Assembly: GCF_006345805.1 (NCBI RefSeq)
Contig: NW_021836127.1
Location: 62,001 to 126,000, forward strand
From: Octopus sinensis
Lineage: Eukaryota
Reading direction: 5' to 3'
DNA: 64,000 bases
The notes beneath the pieces were generated by a model. The model was not told the DNA's origin. It saw only the letters and a program-made list of their open reading frames with translations, and searched no databases. Each line of letters begins with the position of its first letter. Within the stretch, counting starts at the first letter, position 1. Made by a program: the position numbers and the translations under genes. Below are positions 47,130 through 59,800 of the stretch, in pieces.

Positions 47130-49386
47130 TATGTCATAGTGTCCGGGTTGTTGATGTTTTCATGCGATAAATCAGATTTATCAGCCCGTAGAGCAGTGGT
47201 TCTCAAACTGGGGTACGCGTACCCCTAGGGGTACGCGAAATTCTGTAGGGGGTACGCGAAAATTTTTTGAAAATCTATTTAATTTTCGTTTCAACATAAA
47301 AAGTTATTAATTCTAATTATAATAAAAATCATAATTAAATTAAATAATTAATAATAAAATAAATCTCCACGCTACTAGTTTTTCTTATGAGTTTACCTGT
47401 TAACAAGATTCGAAAATACAACGATAGTTATCTCAACTATGGATTTTATTTTGTGATTAAAACGGTGTGCCACATCCGCAGTGTATTATTTGCCAAAAGA
47501 TTCTTTGCCCTGAATCCATGAAACCTTCATTACTTTCTCGGCATCAAGTTTCTAATCATTTCGAAACTATCGGAAAACCAAATGACTTTTTTAAGAACAA
47601 AAAAGATAATATTCGGAAAATAGACGATTCTTTCAATTTTGACATTAATTTTTTACTATCAAAACTCTCTTACATGATTTCATATCGGATCGCAAAAGCC
47701 AAAAAACCACATACAATTGCCGAGAATCTTATTATACCGTGCATTAAGGACATGTTTGAATGTTTCCCTGGCAATAAATTGGAGCATATTGTTCGAAAAA
47801 TTCCATGTTCAAATGATACCGTCAATAGAAGAATACGAGATCTATCCGAAAACATAAAAGAACAAGTTATTTTCTGGTTAATTATTATTAGGTCATTACT
47901 GAAATAAAAAGTGCTGCCTTTAAAAATTTTCAATTCAATTGGATGAATCAACAGATGTAGCAAATTGCTCTCAGTTACTCGTTTATGTGCGATATATTTA
48001 TATGGAAAATATTAAGGAAGAATTTTTGTTCAACTATTCCTTACCTTTAAACACAAAAGGTTCTGATATTTTCGATGCAGTTAATTGTTTTTTTGAAACA
48101 GAAGGTACATTTTTGATTTTTTACTTATGATAGGCCTATTGTGGCAAAATCTTAGTGCATGCACCACAGATGGAGCACCAGCTATGCTTGGATGTAACTC
48201 TGGTTTCCGAGGTAGAGTACAATCTGTCAATCCAAATGTAAAACATCTTCACTGTATGTTGCATCGTTATGTTCTTGCTGTGAAGACAATGCCTCTTGAA
48301 CTTAAAAATGTTCTTGACGATGTTATTAAAATTGTCAATCATATCAAAAAAAGTCCTTTAAATTCGCGAATTTTTTATTCAATTGTGAAGAATTTGGTTC
48401 AGATGAGAAGGTTTTACTATATCACACAGAAGTTCGATGGTTATCCAAAGGAAATGTTCTTTCCAGAGTGCACAGTTTGAAGAATGAAATTTATGAATAT
48501 TTTCTTCGCGAAAATAAAAATTTATATTTATCAAAGTTATCAAATATGTATTGGGGTGTAATGCTATCTTATTTAACGGACATTTTTTCGCGAATTAATG
48601 CTTTGAATTTATCGGTACAAACTAAGGGAGTTACCATTGTTGACTTTTTAGAAAAAACAAGGTTTTTTACGAAATAATGCAATATTGTAGGTCTTTCGTA
48701 TGAAGCTCCAACTGTGGATAGATAATACAACAAATTCTAATTTTACTATGTTTGATAAGTTGAATGAAAACATTTTCCATCTAAAATTAAATGAAATAGA
48801 AAATTTAAAACATCAAATAACTTCCCATTTACTTGGATTGAAGAATGAAATTGAAAAATATATACCTGAAATTAATGAAGTAGATCTTAAGTTTTTTGTC
48901 AATCCTTTTTCCGTAAAAGTTAATGTTTTGCCTTCAAATATTCAAGAAGAAGTTATTGAATTAATAAATTCTTACGAGTCAAAAATCTTATTTGAATCTG
49001 CACCATTAATTGAATTTTGGTGTAAAATGACATCAAAATATCACAATATTGGATTTTATATAATCGATTTTTTGCTTTTGTTTCCGACTACATATCTCTG
49101 CGAACAAGGATTTTCATCGTTGTTTAATTTAAAATCAGTTCATCGTGCGAGGCTGAATGTTGTTCATGATATTCGGGTGTGTCTTTCGTCAAAGGATCCA
49201 GAAATCGATAGATTAGTGATTGATAAACAACACCATCCATCTCATTAATTAAATATTTTTTTTCCTTAATTTTTTAAAAATCGATAAGGGTACGCGAAAA
49301 ATTATTTAGATGGCAAGGGGTACGCAAGGAAAAAAAGTTTGAGAACCACTGCCGTAGAGTATCAACAACCCGGACGCTATGACATA
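47130..49386. repeat. About 90-bp fold-back (MITE-like) element split by Buster copy 2
   Basis: 47130-47155 TATGTCATAGTGTCCGGGTTGTTGAT and 49361-49386 ATCAACAACCCGGACGCTATGACATA are 25/26 inverted repeats. Confidence 0.7.
47194..49351 (+). mobile_element. Young Buster (ZBED5-like) hAT, copy 2, near identical to 36537-38699
   Basis: Same TIR; TSD CCGTAGAG on both sides. Introns at 47866-47891, 48105-48133 and 48662-48690. Differs from copy 1 mainly by single-base homopolymer deletions. Confidence 0.97.
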
Positions 49387-49417
49387 GGACATTAATTATT
49401 AATTATGCTATTACAGT

Positions 49418-50467
49418 CAGTGTTCCCTCTAAGCGAGTGGTAGCTATGCGCGTTGGGCACATTGCATTGTGCAGCGTTATAAAGTGACGTGTGCAAAAAA
49501 TTTTGGGGGGGGGGAAATTTTACAATTAAAAAACCAATGGTTAAAAAACAGGTCTAGTCAATTGGATATTCTCTTCTGTTTTTATTTGTATCCAAAATTT
49601 GTATACTCGATCAAGATCCACTGTATTCCCACTTGTTAAATAGAACTTGATTCGCATGATCATCTCCAAATGGTCAATCTCAAGTCTATTACGTAGTTTA
49701 GTTTTGATACAGTTCATCAAACTAAATCCACGTTCAGCATCAGCACTCGACGCTTGAAATGTGCCACAAATATCCACAAATGTTGCAGTGGCTGAAAATT
49801 TTTCTCCGCTAGTATATAGTAAATTACATCTTCAAATGTTTTCAAAGCACCAGAGTGCAGTTTTTCTTTTAAAATAAACTTGAGATCTGTATATTCCGAC
49901 TGCAGTTTTATGAGTGGGACTTCTGAAGAGAGTAAATTTTCATATTTTTTCGCTAATTTAATTATCTCCTCTTTTCCAAATTCAAAGTTTGTCTGATTTT
50001 AAATTGCTTGAGTGTCAAATGCTACCCATTCTCTTAATTCGTCAGCTGGAAATCTTTCTTGTAAATGCAGATAAACATGCTCGATAAAGCATAGGATTTC
50101 ATCTGTATTTGTATCTCCATAACCAGTTGTTGATAACAACATCTTCACACTGTCACTCCAGTAAATTTCATTTCCATCCAAATATTGAGATTTCAGCTTC
50201 GAAATTTTTGCTCTGGCAAACTGTACAGCTTCTATGGTCGATATACAGCTTCTTTGGAAAACTGTGCACAAATCTGCTAATTCAGCCAAAATTTCATTTA
50301 AGACAGTTAAAGCAACATGAATAAGAATATATAAATTCATATAAAAAATTAAAAAAAATAGCAATTTTTAATATTATACTTTCTACTGCGCAGAAAAAAA
50401 TTTCGCTGCGCAGCAAGGTGCAAACTGCTGCGCGGCCGCGCACGCGCGCAGCTTAGAGGGAACACTG
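49418..50467 (-). mobile_element. Internally deleted hAT, ZNF862/KIAA1586-like
   Basis: TIR CAGTGTTCCCTCTAAGC; TSD ATTACAGT on both sides. Dimerisation-domain motif ASSADAERGFSLMN.IKTKLRNRL. Confidence 0.92.
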
Positions 50468-50471
50468 ATTA

Positions 50472-51947
50472 CAGTCCCGTCCAAATGTTAGAGGCACCCT
50501 ATTTTTTCCCTAAAAAGGCACTTATTTATTATTTTTCGAAAGATTTTAAAGAATAAATTAAGTTTTTAAAGGAAATTAAACATTTCCAAAGTTTTTATAA
50601 ATATCGACCAATAGTATTCTCAAACTTGAAAACAAAAAATAATTGGTCGCTCATATGTTAGAGGCACTTATGTAAAAAGCAATAATTCTATAATTTATTA
50701 TTATTAATTCTAATAAAAAATTCAAATGCCTCGTGTATCAGCTTATAACAGGTTTCTCGTCATCGAAAAATTAAAATGTGGCGAATCTCAGGGGAAAATA
50801 TCCAAAGATTTGAGAATCTCTTGTTGTGCCATTCAAAAAATTAAAAAGCGATTTTTACACGGATATTTATATAACGATATGCCAAAAAGGGAAGGAACAA
50901 AAAATTAACCAAAATGACGAACGCTATCTTATCAGAATGTCAAAATTACACCCAAAAATGACCGCCAACGATCTTCTTATATGCTGTAACTTTTCCGGAA
51001 AAGTGAGTCTTTCGACAATTAAACGAATTTTGAGACGCAACAATTTATTCGGACGCATTGCAGTGAAAAAACCAAAATTGACTGCATCTCAGGTTGATAA
51101 AAGATATACATGGTGTCTTGCTAAAATTCCGTGGAATCAAGACGACTGGAATTTAGTGATATTTTCTGATGAATGCCGGATTCAATTAAATCAGATGTCT
51201 AGGCAATACATAAGAAGACCCCCTGGATCAAAATTACAGAAAGAATATTCAATTGAAACTGTGAAATTCCCTTTATCAATTACGATATGGGGAGCAATTA
51301 AAAGCAATGGGCAAAGATCAATTGTCCTTTGCCGAAAAACAGTCGACTCCGCCGAATATCAACGCGTTATAAAAGAAGGATTTGAAAATTTTTATGAAGA
51401 AAATTATTTTCTTCAACAAGATGGAGCAACATGTCATACATCAAAATCCACTAGAGCGTTTATGGCCGAAAACAACATAAAACTCATGGAAAAATGGCCA
51501 AGTCAATCTCCTGACTTAAATATAATTGAAAATCTATGGGCAATTTTAAAAAAAGAAGTTAAAAAATGTGGAGCATCAACGATTCAAGAATTATGGAATG
51601 AAACAAAGAAGGCCTGGGAAAACATTGATACAGGTGTGGTTATTAAGCTTTTTGAGTAAATTCCAAGAAGAATATCTTCGGTAGTCATAAATAATGGAGG
51701 AATGACTAAATATTAAATTCTTGGATAATCTTGTCTTTCGTTATTGAAATGTGCTTCTAACATATGAACTATGTATTATTTTGAGTTTCTTAGTAAATAC
51801 ACATTATAAACTAAATGTGCTCAAAAATTTTAGGTTAAGATTTTTTATTCAATAGTTTGTTATTAACAAAAAACTTTTTTCAAAAAATGACAAATAAGTG
51901 CCTTTTTAGGGAAAAAATAGAGTGCCTCTAACATTTGGACGGGACTG
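50472..51947 (+). mobile_element. Tc1-like transposon, IR/DR termini, DD35E catalytic triad
   Basis: TIR CAGTCCCGTCCAAATGTTAGAGGCAC.. (over 50 bp) with TA TSD. Inner repeats CATATGTTAGA(G/A)GCAC at about 50652 and 51750. Transposase 50726-51716: IFSDE, QQDGATCH, WPSQSPDLNIIENLW. One frameshift region near 50885 and one stop at 51657. Confidence 0.96.
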
Positions 51948-52069
51948 TATAGGACTACAAAAAATCATATCGAAAAAAAGATAAATTAATACAAATCGTC
52001 ATTGGAAATGATTAATTAGTTATTAATTTTAATAAAATCCGTTTTTTAAGGTTTAAATAAAGAAGCGTG

Positions 52070-52809
52070 AAAGTATGCGGATAGTGAGACTAACTAAAAA
52101 AATTCTCAGTTTTATACAAAATATCAAAAAAGAAAATTCAGAAATTGGATTTCCAGATAGCATGATTCGCCTCCACAGGTTCAGAATCAGAAAACTATCT
52201 GAATCTTTTACATTCGAAAATGGAGTTGTATTCTACGATAGAACTGGTCTAAAATTGCGTTTTTTTCGCAAGGATGAAATGGAGTTGAAGCTTAAATTTA
52301 TTGAAGTAGAATCTTGCAACCTTCATAATTTGGAACAGAATTTTGCAACCTTTGAGGTTGTATTTTAATTATTTTCTTAATTAGATTTAACCAAAGTATA
52401 AAGCGACGGATCTCATCTACTAACGCCATAAATGGATTTTTTGGAAGATACGTTGCATGTATTAAGGATATTGTTTTCGACTACAACAATACAGTGCACT
52501 CGACGACAAAGAAAGTCCCTTTTTATCTATTCATGGAAATGGAAAATCCTGTGAATATTGAAAATGACACAATGGAAAGCCTCCTTTCATATGATGACGA
52601 CCTCAATAAGGCCCGCAAAGAAGCATACATGAATATAATAAATGCTGTATAAAAAATGGTGCAACGAAGAAAGTGGAGATTTGACGAGGGTTCCATTGAA
52701 ATTGGAGCCCAGGTACTATTAAGGTTGAAATTCAAATATTTGTTTGAATTTTTTTTCAAAGTCCGAAGGTGTAGCCACCTAGGCTCGGTAACACCCTAGG
52801 CCTGTGACA
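52070..52809 (+). mobile_element. Degenerate Ginger/KRBA2-like integrase element
   Basis: Decayed YNNTVHST.K.VPF motif; ends CCTAGGCCTGTGACA. A 90-bp piece (about 52350-52440) is duplicated at about 54002-54090. Confidence 0.55.
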
Positions 52810-52829
52810 TAATATGACTCATCGAACGA

Positions 52830-53610
52830 TTTCTGCAAGTATAGGAGTCCCAAAATAACTGTATCAGATGTGATTCAGAAATTCAAAAAACTGGATCAAA
52901 TAAATAACAGACAACTGGATGAAAAAAAATATTGACAGAGGAAGAAATTTTGTATATAAAATTTATTGCAACTGTAATAAACAGGTGGAATGTGCATCTA
53001 CACTACAACAAATTTGATATAGGAGAGGTTAAGCTATAGAAGGGCATATTACAGGGTGACAGTATGTCTCCGCTGCTGTTCATCTTCTGCCTAAAACCGC
53101 TGAGTAGAGTCCTCACAGCCCAATTCGAACAAATGTCAATTGAACATGAATGAGAGTGTTTAAGTACCAACCATCTCATGTTCATAGACGACATTAAACT
53201 ATTCGCTCGGTCTCCAGAGATCCTCCACTCGATGAGCAAAGCCTTGGAAGGTTTCATGAAGGTCGTGGGGTTGGAGCTCAACTACAACAAGTCGTCGACT
53301 AACACCCCTGTATGGGTGATTTAATCAAAGTCTTGGAGGTACACCAAGGGTATAAGTATCTTGGTGTGGTTGTGAGTCCAGCCTCATTAATCACACCCGA
53401 AACGAGAAAGTGTGTAGTGGAGGGTGTGCGTAGTAGGGCGGCAATGTTATGTAAAACTCGCCTCATCCCTTGAACGAGTACACCATCTCATTGCTAAACT
53501 ACTAGGTTGGTCTGATCGAAATCGAGACGAGTGAGTACGATGAAATGGAGCTTATTGTCCTAAGAGTACTCCGAGAGAATCACGTCCACGTGTTAGCAAG
53601 CAATAAGGAG
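52830..53610 (+). mobile_element. RLE-type (R4/NeSL-like) RT fragment
   Basis: RGILQGDSMSPLLFIFCL, NHLMFIDDIKLF, GLELN..KS and YKYLGV. Confidence 0.8.
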
Positions 53611-54090
53611 AGATTATACTTGGTCCCTCCATCTTCTGCTCAGCAATAAGTATGGGTTGAGGGGGAATTTACTCAGAGTTCTCAGTTAACCTCCACACTC
53701 ATGTAGAACCGCTGCTGGAGATGGAGGGCGACCCTTGGAGGGATGTTGCCAGTTTTCCATCATACTGGTTCAACGGGGGTAAACGGCGACTGGGCAAGTA
53801 GAGAAGTGGTATTTTTTTCATTAAAAAATATCAGATATAATGCAAATTTAATTCTCAAGATTATAAAGATCAATATTTTACTAAAATGAACAATAAAATA
53901 CTACAAAAACCAAAATAGATATATAGAAATTAAGTTAATTCAAAAAATCAATATTAATGGAGATTAATTAATCAATATTAATGGAGATTAATTTTGCAAT
54001 TTTTGAGGTTGTATTTTAATTATTTTTTAATTAGATTTAACCAAAGTATAAAGCGACGGATCTCATCTACTAACGCCATAAATGGATTTT

Positions 54091-55430
54091 CCAAAAGCCT
54101 AACAAGCAGGCTGGGCCTGTCGAAAATCTACGCCCTATAATCTTGCTAAACACCTTACGGAAACTTTTGGGATTAGTTACACTGAACCGAATAAGAGAAC
54201 AAGTGGACAACTATCTATCCCCGAGTCATAGTGGATTTAGGACAGGAAGATCCACCGCCGATGCTGTCTGGGCCCACAAGTGGTACTGCGCTATCACCCA
54301 GAGATACAAAAGTGCAACAACAGTCCTGGGAATAGACCTGTCTAGGGCCTTTGACACGGTACGCCGTGGTCTACTCCTCAAAATACTGGAACAATTCCTG
54401 GACCCTGACTCTGTCAATATGATAAGAGTACTACTATCGAACACAAAGCTCAAGGTGCGGGTCGGCACGGCGTTTTCCCGTGAATTCACGTGCAACGTCG
54501 GTACCCCTCAGGGAGACGCCCTCTCGCCGTTGCTATTCGTGATCTATCTGGAGACGGCACTACGAGACCTTCGAAAATTCTATGCTGGCAATATCGTCGA
54601 AATTGTATATGCAGATGACGTCGACTTCGTGTCAGACGACAAATCGGCCTTACTTCGACTCCTTGAAGTGGCACCTGCTGAGCTGAACAGATGGTTCCTT
54701 AAAATGAACGTTGGAAAAACCGACATCGTTGAAATCATGAGGATGGAGAGCAGCTCAAGTGAAGCCTGGCGCAAAACGAACAAACTCGGTTCTCTACTTG
54801 GGGACGGCCATGATATTGTCAGAAGAAAGGCTCTCGCTTGGGCCACGATGAACAAGATAAAGAAAGAGTGGATCGGCAAACGACGACTCTGTACGTCACT
54901 TCGTCTGAGGATGTATGAAGCCTTTGTCAAACCAATCCTGACATATAATTCGGCGACCTGGGGAATGTCTAGTACTGAACAACGTGGACTCGATTCTTTT
55001 CACCGCAGGCAACTTAGATCCCTACTGGGATTGAACTGGCCTATAAGAATCAACCAGGAATCGCTATACAATAGATGCAGAACTGGCCCTCTGAGTGTGG
55101 AAATCGTCAATATGCGGTGGAGGTTATTTGGCCATATTCTACGAATGGACATGCTTGCCCCAGCTAACATAGCAATGGAGGGCTACTTCCTGAAAGAGGG
55201 ATCGAGCTTCCGTGGACGTCCACGTGTTACGCTGCCGGAAACACTTGACGGAGACCTGAAATGTGTGAAGAAAAGGCTAAGGAGTGGTGAGGATCTGGAC
55301 GAGCTGAGGAAACTCGCTCACGACAGAGGAGGTTGGAGGAGGCTGGTTCAAAGGATTGTTTTTAATGCTGCACGAGTAAAATTATAACTAATATGATTCT
55401 ACGTATGTTGCAAATAATAATAATAATAAT
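54091..55430 (+). mobile_element. 5'-truncated young RTE LINE with intact 3' ORF and (TAA)n tail
   Basis: Uninterrupted 414+ aa with GFRTGRSTAD, DLSRAFD, GTPQGDALSPLLF, YADD, RWRLFGHILR and GRPR. TAA repeats at 55413-55430. Confidence 0.95.
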
Positions 55431-55934
55431 TAATTGATACAATGAAAAAAAATTGCTTGCAAAATAAACTTTAGCCAAGATATTTTACAAGTAGTCAATT
55501 TAATTAATCTTCACAAAAATAAAAAACCAAAAATATTATAAAAATAAAACATCGATTGCAAGAAATGATCAAATAAAAATTAGAAACAGAAATGCACAAC
55601 AACAAAAGAACAGAATATGACGTGCTAAACACGTGTACAATTTATGAATTTAATTCAATAAGTTAAAAAGATTTAAAAAAATAAAATATTTAAAATTTAA
55701 TATCTTCAGTTTGTTTGACATTAACAAAAAAATATGAATTTAACCAATTAACATCAATGATAACGTCAGGTGTAGAAAACATACCGACCTTTTTTCCGAC
55801 AAAAAAGACAACAAAATCATATAATTAATTACTTTAATTAACTATACAAAAATAGTAATAAAAAAGATTTTCTAATCAAATCCAACTGGATCTTTATATT
55901 GTAATTTGTGTAAAATTCCGTAATAGATAGTTTG

Positions 55935-56831
55935 TGGAAAGACACAGCCCGCTGCTGTTCAACCTTGCGATGAGCAGCTTTCCTTCCTTTCCCAATCCGC
56001 GGACAACTTTTCTCTTGTATGCAGATGACGTCCTCATTATGGATATTTCAAAAAGCCCTGCACTCTCCGAGCACCGTCTCTCCAGCTACATCGGAATGAT
56101 AGAGACCTGGTGTCAGGGTAAACAACTGTCCATTGCTATGGACAAGTCGGCGTACCTTGAAATTAACTCACGGCGCAAACCGAGGCAAACCTAAGATTCT
56201 CAGAGGACTTCCCCGCACAAGCCATATTCGCTATCTGGGCTTGACGGTAGACGCTAACTCGGAGTACTTACTGCACGTCACTCAGAAAAGGAAAAAGGCC
56301 GTTGCGGCCCTTCGCTTCCTGAGGGGTATGCATTTGGCCCCTGACACTTTTCTGTTTGTCTTTCGCGCGACGATTCTCCCAAGTCTCTTGTATGGGGTGG
56401 AGGCGTGGCACTATTCAAACCAATTCGAAAAAATTTTAAAAAAGTATGAGAAGATCCGACGCTATGCGTTAAAGCTAGCGTACAGATTGGATCTACGCGC
56501 GCCGCTACCCAGCTGGGCAGAGGGGAAATTTCCACTAATCAAGAATGTCATCCTCGATTCCATCCGAATCTTTCGTCGGAGGTCTCAGGTGTCCGATCTT
56601 TTTGTGGATCGTGTCCGAAACTCAATCAGAGAGTGACTCTAATCAAAGGCCGGCTCGTATACTCTCTTAGGACGAATCTCGGTAGAGCTCGACTGTCCTT
56701 GCAGTCGTCTCGTTTAACCTCGTCCAACCTTTTCACTAAGTCTCTGATTTGCTTACATAAAACTTTCCATTCCATTCTGTATCATGGGGGGGAAAAAACA
56801 TTATAAGTTAAGGGAGTTAAAAAAAAAAAAA
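55935..56831 (+). mobile_element. LINE-A (Jockey/I-group-like), 3' RT fragment with A-rich tail
   Basis: SPLLFNL, YADD, IRYLG and LPSLLYG.EAW. AATAAA-like signal (written ATAAAA in this copy) and A-runs at 56793-56831. Confidence 0.88.
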
Positions 56832-59800
56832 CTAACTAAGTAGACCTTCGGCATCGCTGCCTTTTCAGTCTCCATCTCACACACGCCTCCCTACACACAA
56901 CCACAGGTTAAGACTTACCGCCTTACCTGCCATCCAGAAATAATCTTCTCTAGGACCTCAGAGAGGCCTTTGAGAGATGATTCCTGGGCGTCGGAGAGCT
57001 CAGTCCGGAATCCTAAGCCATAGGCTAGCCTTATGGCTCGTCTTCTTACTTTTTTAAGCACGTCAACATGCTTATCCCTGTCCTCATAGAGTACCAAGCG
57101 TGGACGCCATAGGTCAAGACGGGTAACACCATGGCGTTAAACACGCGGAACCAGGCACCTCTGCTCAAGCGGAAAGCACGCAACGCACCTAATCGCTGCA
57201 TTGCACGCATTTTCGTACGTGCAATGTGATCATCAAACTTACCGGACGGCTTAAAGAGCACGCCCAAATAAGTCATCCGATCAACTGCAGCGATTGCTGA
57301 CCCGCTCAGCAATAACCTAGGAACAAAATTAGTGTAACCCCTCGTCCTTTTACAGACTTTAAGGACACTGCACTTGTCCGCGCACATTCTCAGACCCCTA
57401 CTCCCACACCAGTTTGCAAGTCCATCCACAGCAACCTGAAGCCTACGACACGCACACTCCGGTTTCATTGAGTGATCCCAGAGGATAATGTCGTCTGCAT
57501 AGATTACCATTTCAGTACGAGCATTGACTGGCATAGGCGCAGTGGCCATAACACATTGAATAGTGTCGGACTGAGCACAGAGCCCTGAGGGACCCCGCGA
57601 AGGACTGTTGCGACTTTAGAAAAGACCCCCTGATGCCGCACGACCTGCCTGCGAGATTCAAGAAACCCCGACAGCCAGCGCCTTAGACACGGAGAACCCC
57701 ACACGTGGCAAGGGAACTCCGGAGGCCGTCGTGCCACACCGAGTCAAAGGCCTTTTCAATGTCGAGACTAACTAAAATACCGCATTCCCTTTTCTGGAGG
57801 GCGTTCTTCATACCAGACGACACCTTGTGAAGGCAGTCCCCGCATGAGCGGCCCTCCCTGAAGCCCCATTGGAACTCAGGGAGGCGTCTGCAACCATCAG
57901 CTCCTCCAGGAGCCTTTGGTGCATAATTCTTTCTAGGATTTTAGATATTGCGGGAGCAAGGAAATGGGCCTATATCCCCCGGGGACATCATGTGGCTTCC
58001 CGGGCTTTCCGATAAGGATTACCTCAGCCACTTTCCACCTGGAGGGAATCATCCCAAGTCGCAAGCTCCCGTTAAATAAAACCTTTAGTGCAGTGATTAA
58101 CCGCGGCGGGGCCTTCTTAAAGATGGCCATCGGGATCCGATCCAAACCCGCCGCGGTGTTCTTACTTCGGGAGATTGCTGCCAGAATCTCCGCTTCAGTA
58201 ATTTCGCCTGCATCGTTCCTTGATATGCCCAGCTGGCAGCGCTTGTCCCACGACAATATCTGCTGGACAGTATCAAAGGACGATGTCTCTACGAACTGAC
58301 TTCCGTCAGTTCCCGAGATGCCATTGAGATGGGCTGAAAGTATTTCAACCACCTCAACCGGGTCCGAAGCGAGGGTTCCATCAGAGCGTTTAAGGCGCAC
58401 TGACTTAGCCCCCCTTCTCCCCGACAGGCTCTTCAACTGCTTCCAGAAGTCCGGAAAGCGAGGGTCCACCCTTCGGCAGGCCCTCTCCCACCGCGAACTT
58501 TCGAGTTCGCGGATTTCTCTTCGGATCTCCCTCTGAAGCCGGCTAATCCAGCCACGAAACCAAACACGGTTCTCCTCGTAAACGCATTTGTCCCGTAGTC
58601 TGGATAGCCGGCGCTTGAACCTAATTTTATTTAAGATCCGGTGAGGGAGCGTGGAATGTGCCTGACCCTGCACTGAGTTTTGTTTGAAATTATCTCGCAT
58701 GTAATCAGTCAGGGCAGCATTGATTCCATTATCAAGCGCCTCCAACTCACGTATGTTGGCGCAGGTATTCCCCACCAGAAGTGAGGGCAACCTGCTGGCC
58801 ATGAAACTCTCCAGGTTAGCCCAGGAACCCACCCGGAGGTCAAAGTATCCTGGGACCCTTTGAGGAACTGGCTCACGGAGTTCGTGCAATAGAGGCAGAT
58901 GGTCGCTCCCAATATCGGACAATAAATAGTTTTACTAACCCAATTTAGAAGACCGGGACTGACCAGAGCAAGCCCTAGCCAGTCACGTCCTCCCCTCGCG
59001 TCGACGTGGTTTGGCTCGCTCGAAGTCCGGATTTCCAGCCCGAGGTCTTCAACCAGCGTCTTCAGAGCCAAACCATGCGAGTTGGTTACCCTGAAACCAA
59101 GATCTTGATGCTTGGCATTCAGGTCCCCAACAACCATGGCCTTCGGATGCTTTTCAAAGAACTCCCGTACGTGCCAGGAGCACGCCGTAAAGTTCTTCGA
59201 GTACATCCCACCTAGGTAAAATGTTAACTCGCCTATGCGAATTCTCACTTGGAGGAATTCACACAAGCTACATGAACATATACCTGGACTCTGCAAGGCA
59301 AGGTAGGGCTTGTAGAAGAGGCTAGTTCCTGTGCCACATATTGACCCCTGTTTCCAGGGTATGTGACGACAGTTGTAGCCATCAACTACGTACGGACCCC
59401 CCTTACCTTCGTTTCGTTGACCACCAGAATGTCCGCACTCGTGGTGGCCAACATCCTCTGAACGGCGTCCCTTTTTCCTTCCAAGGAACGCGCGTTCACC
59501 GATATGATGTTGAGCATCATATCGGTTTTTCGCCAAGGATCTTCTTGGCCTCGGCAACGTTGCAGTGTAGCATTTCCTCTACACTGCAATTCATCTCCCT
59601 ACAAAATTTTAATAGGGAAACGCATAATTGCACCGCAGGACTAATACTGTCCTGCGGTACACGCTCGCCAGGGGCTGAGTGCAATGGCATCTCCACGTAT
59701 GGAGGACGCCTTTTCAGCCCCAGGTTGTGCCGGACGGCGCCGCCGTTAGCCGCCTCAGAAGGCATTGCCGGCTTAGGCAACCAAGCGGACTCGGAAGCTT

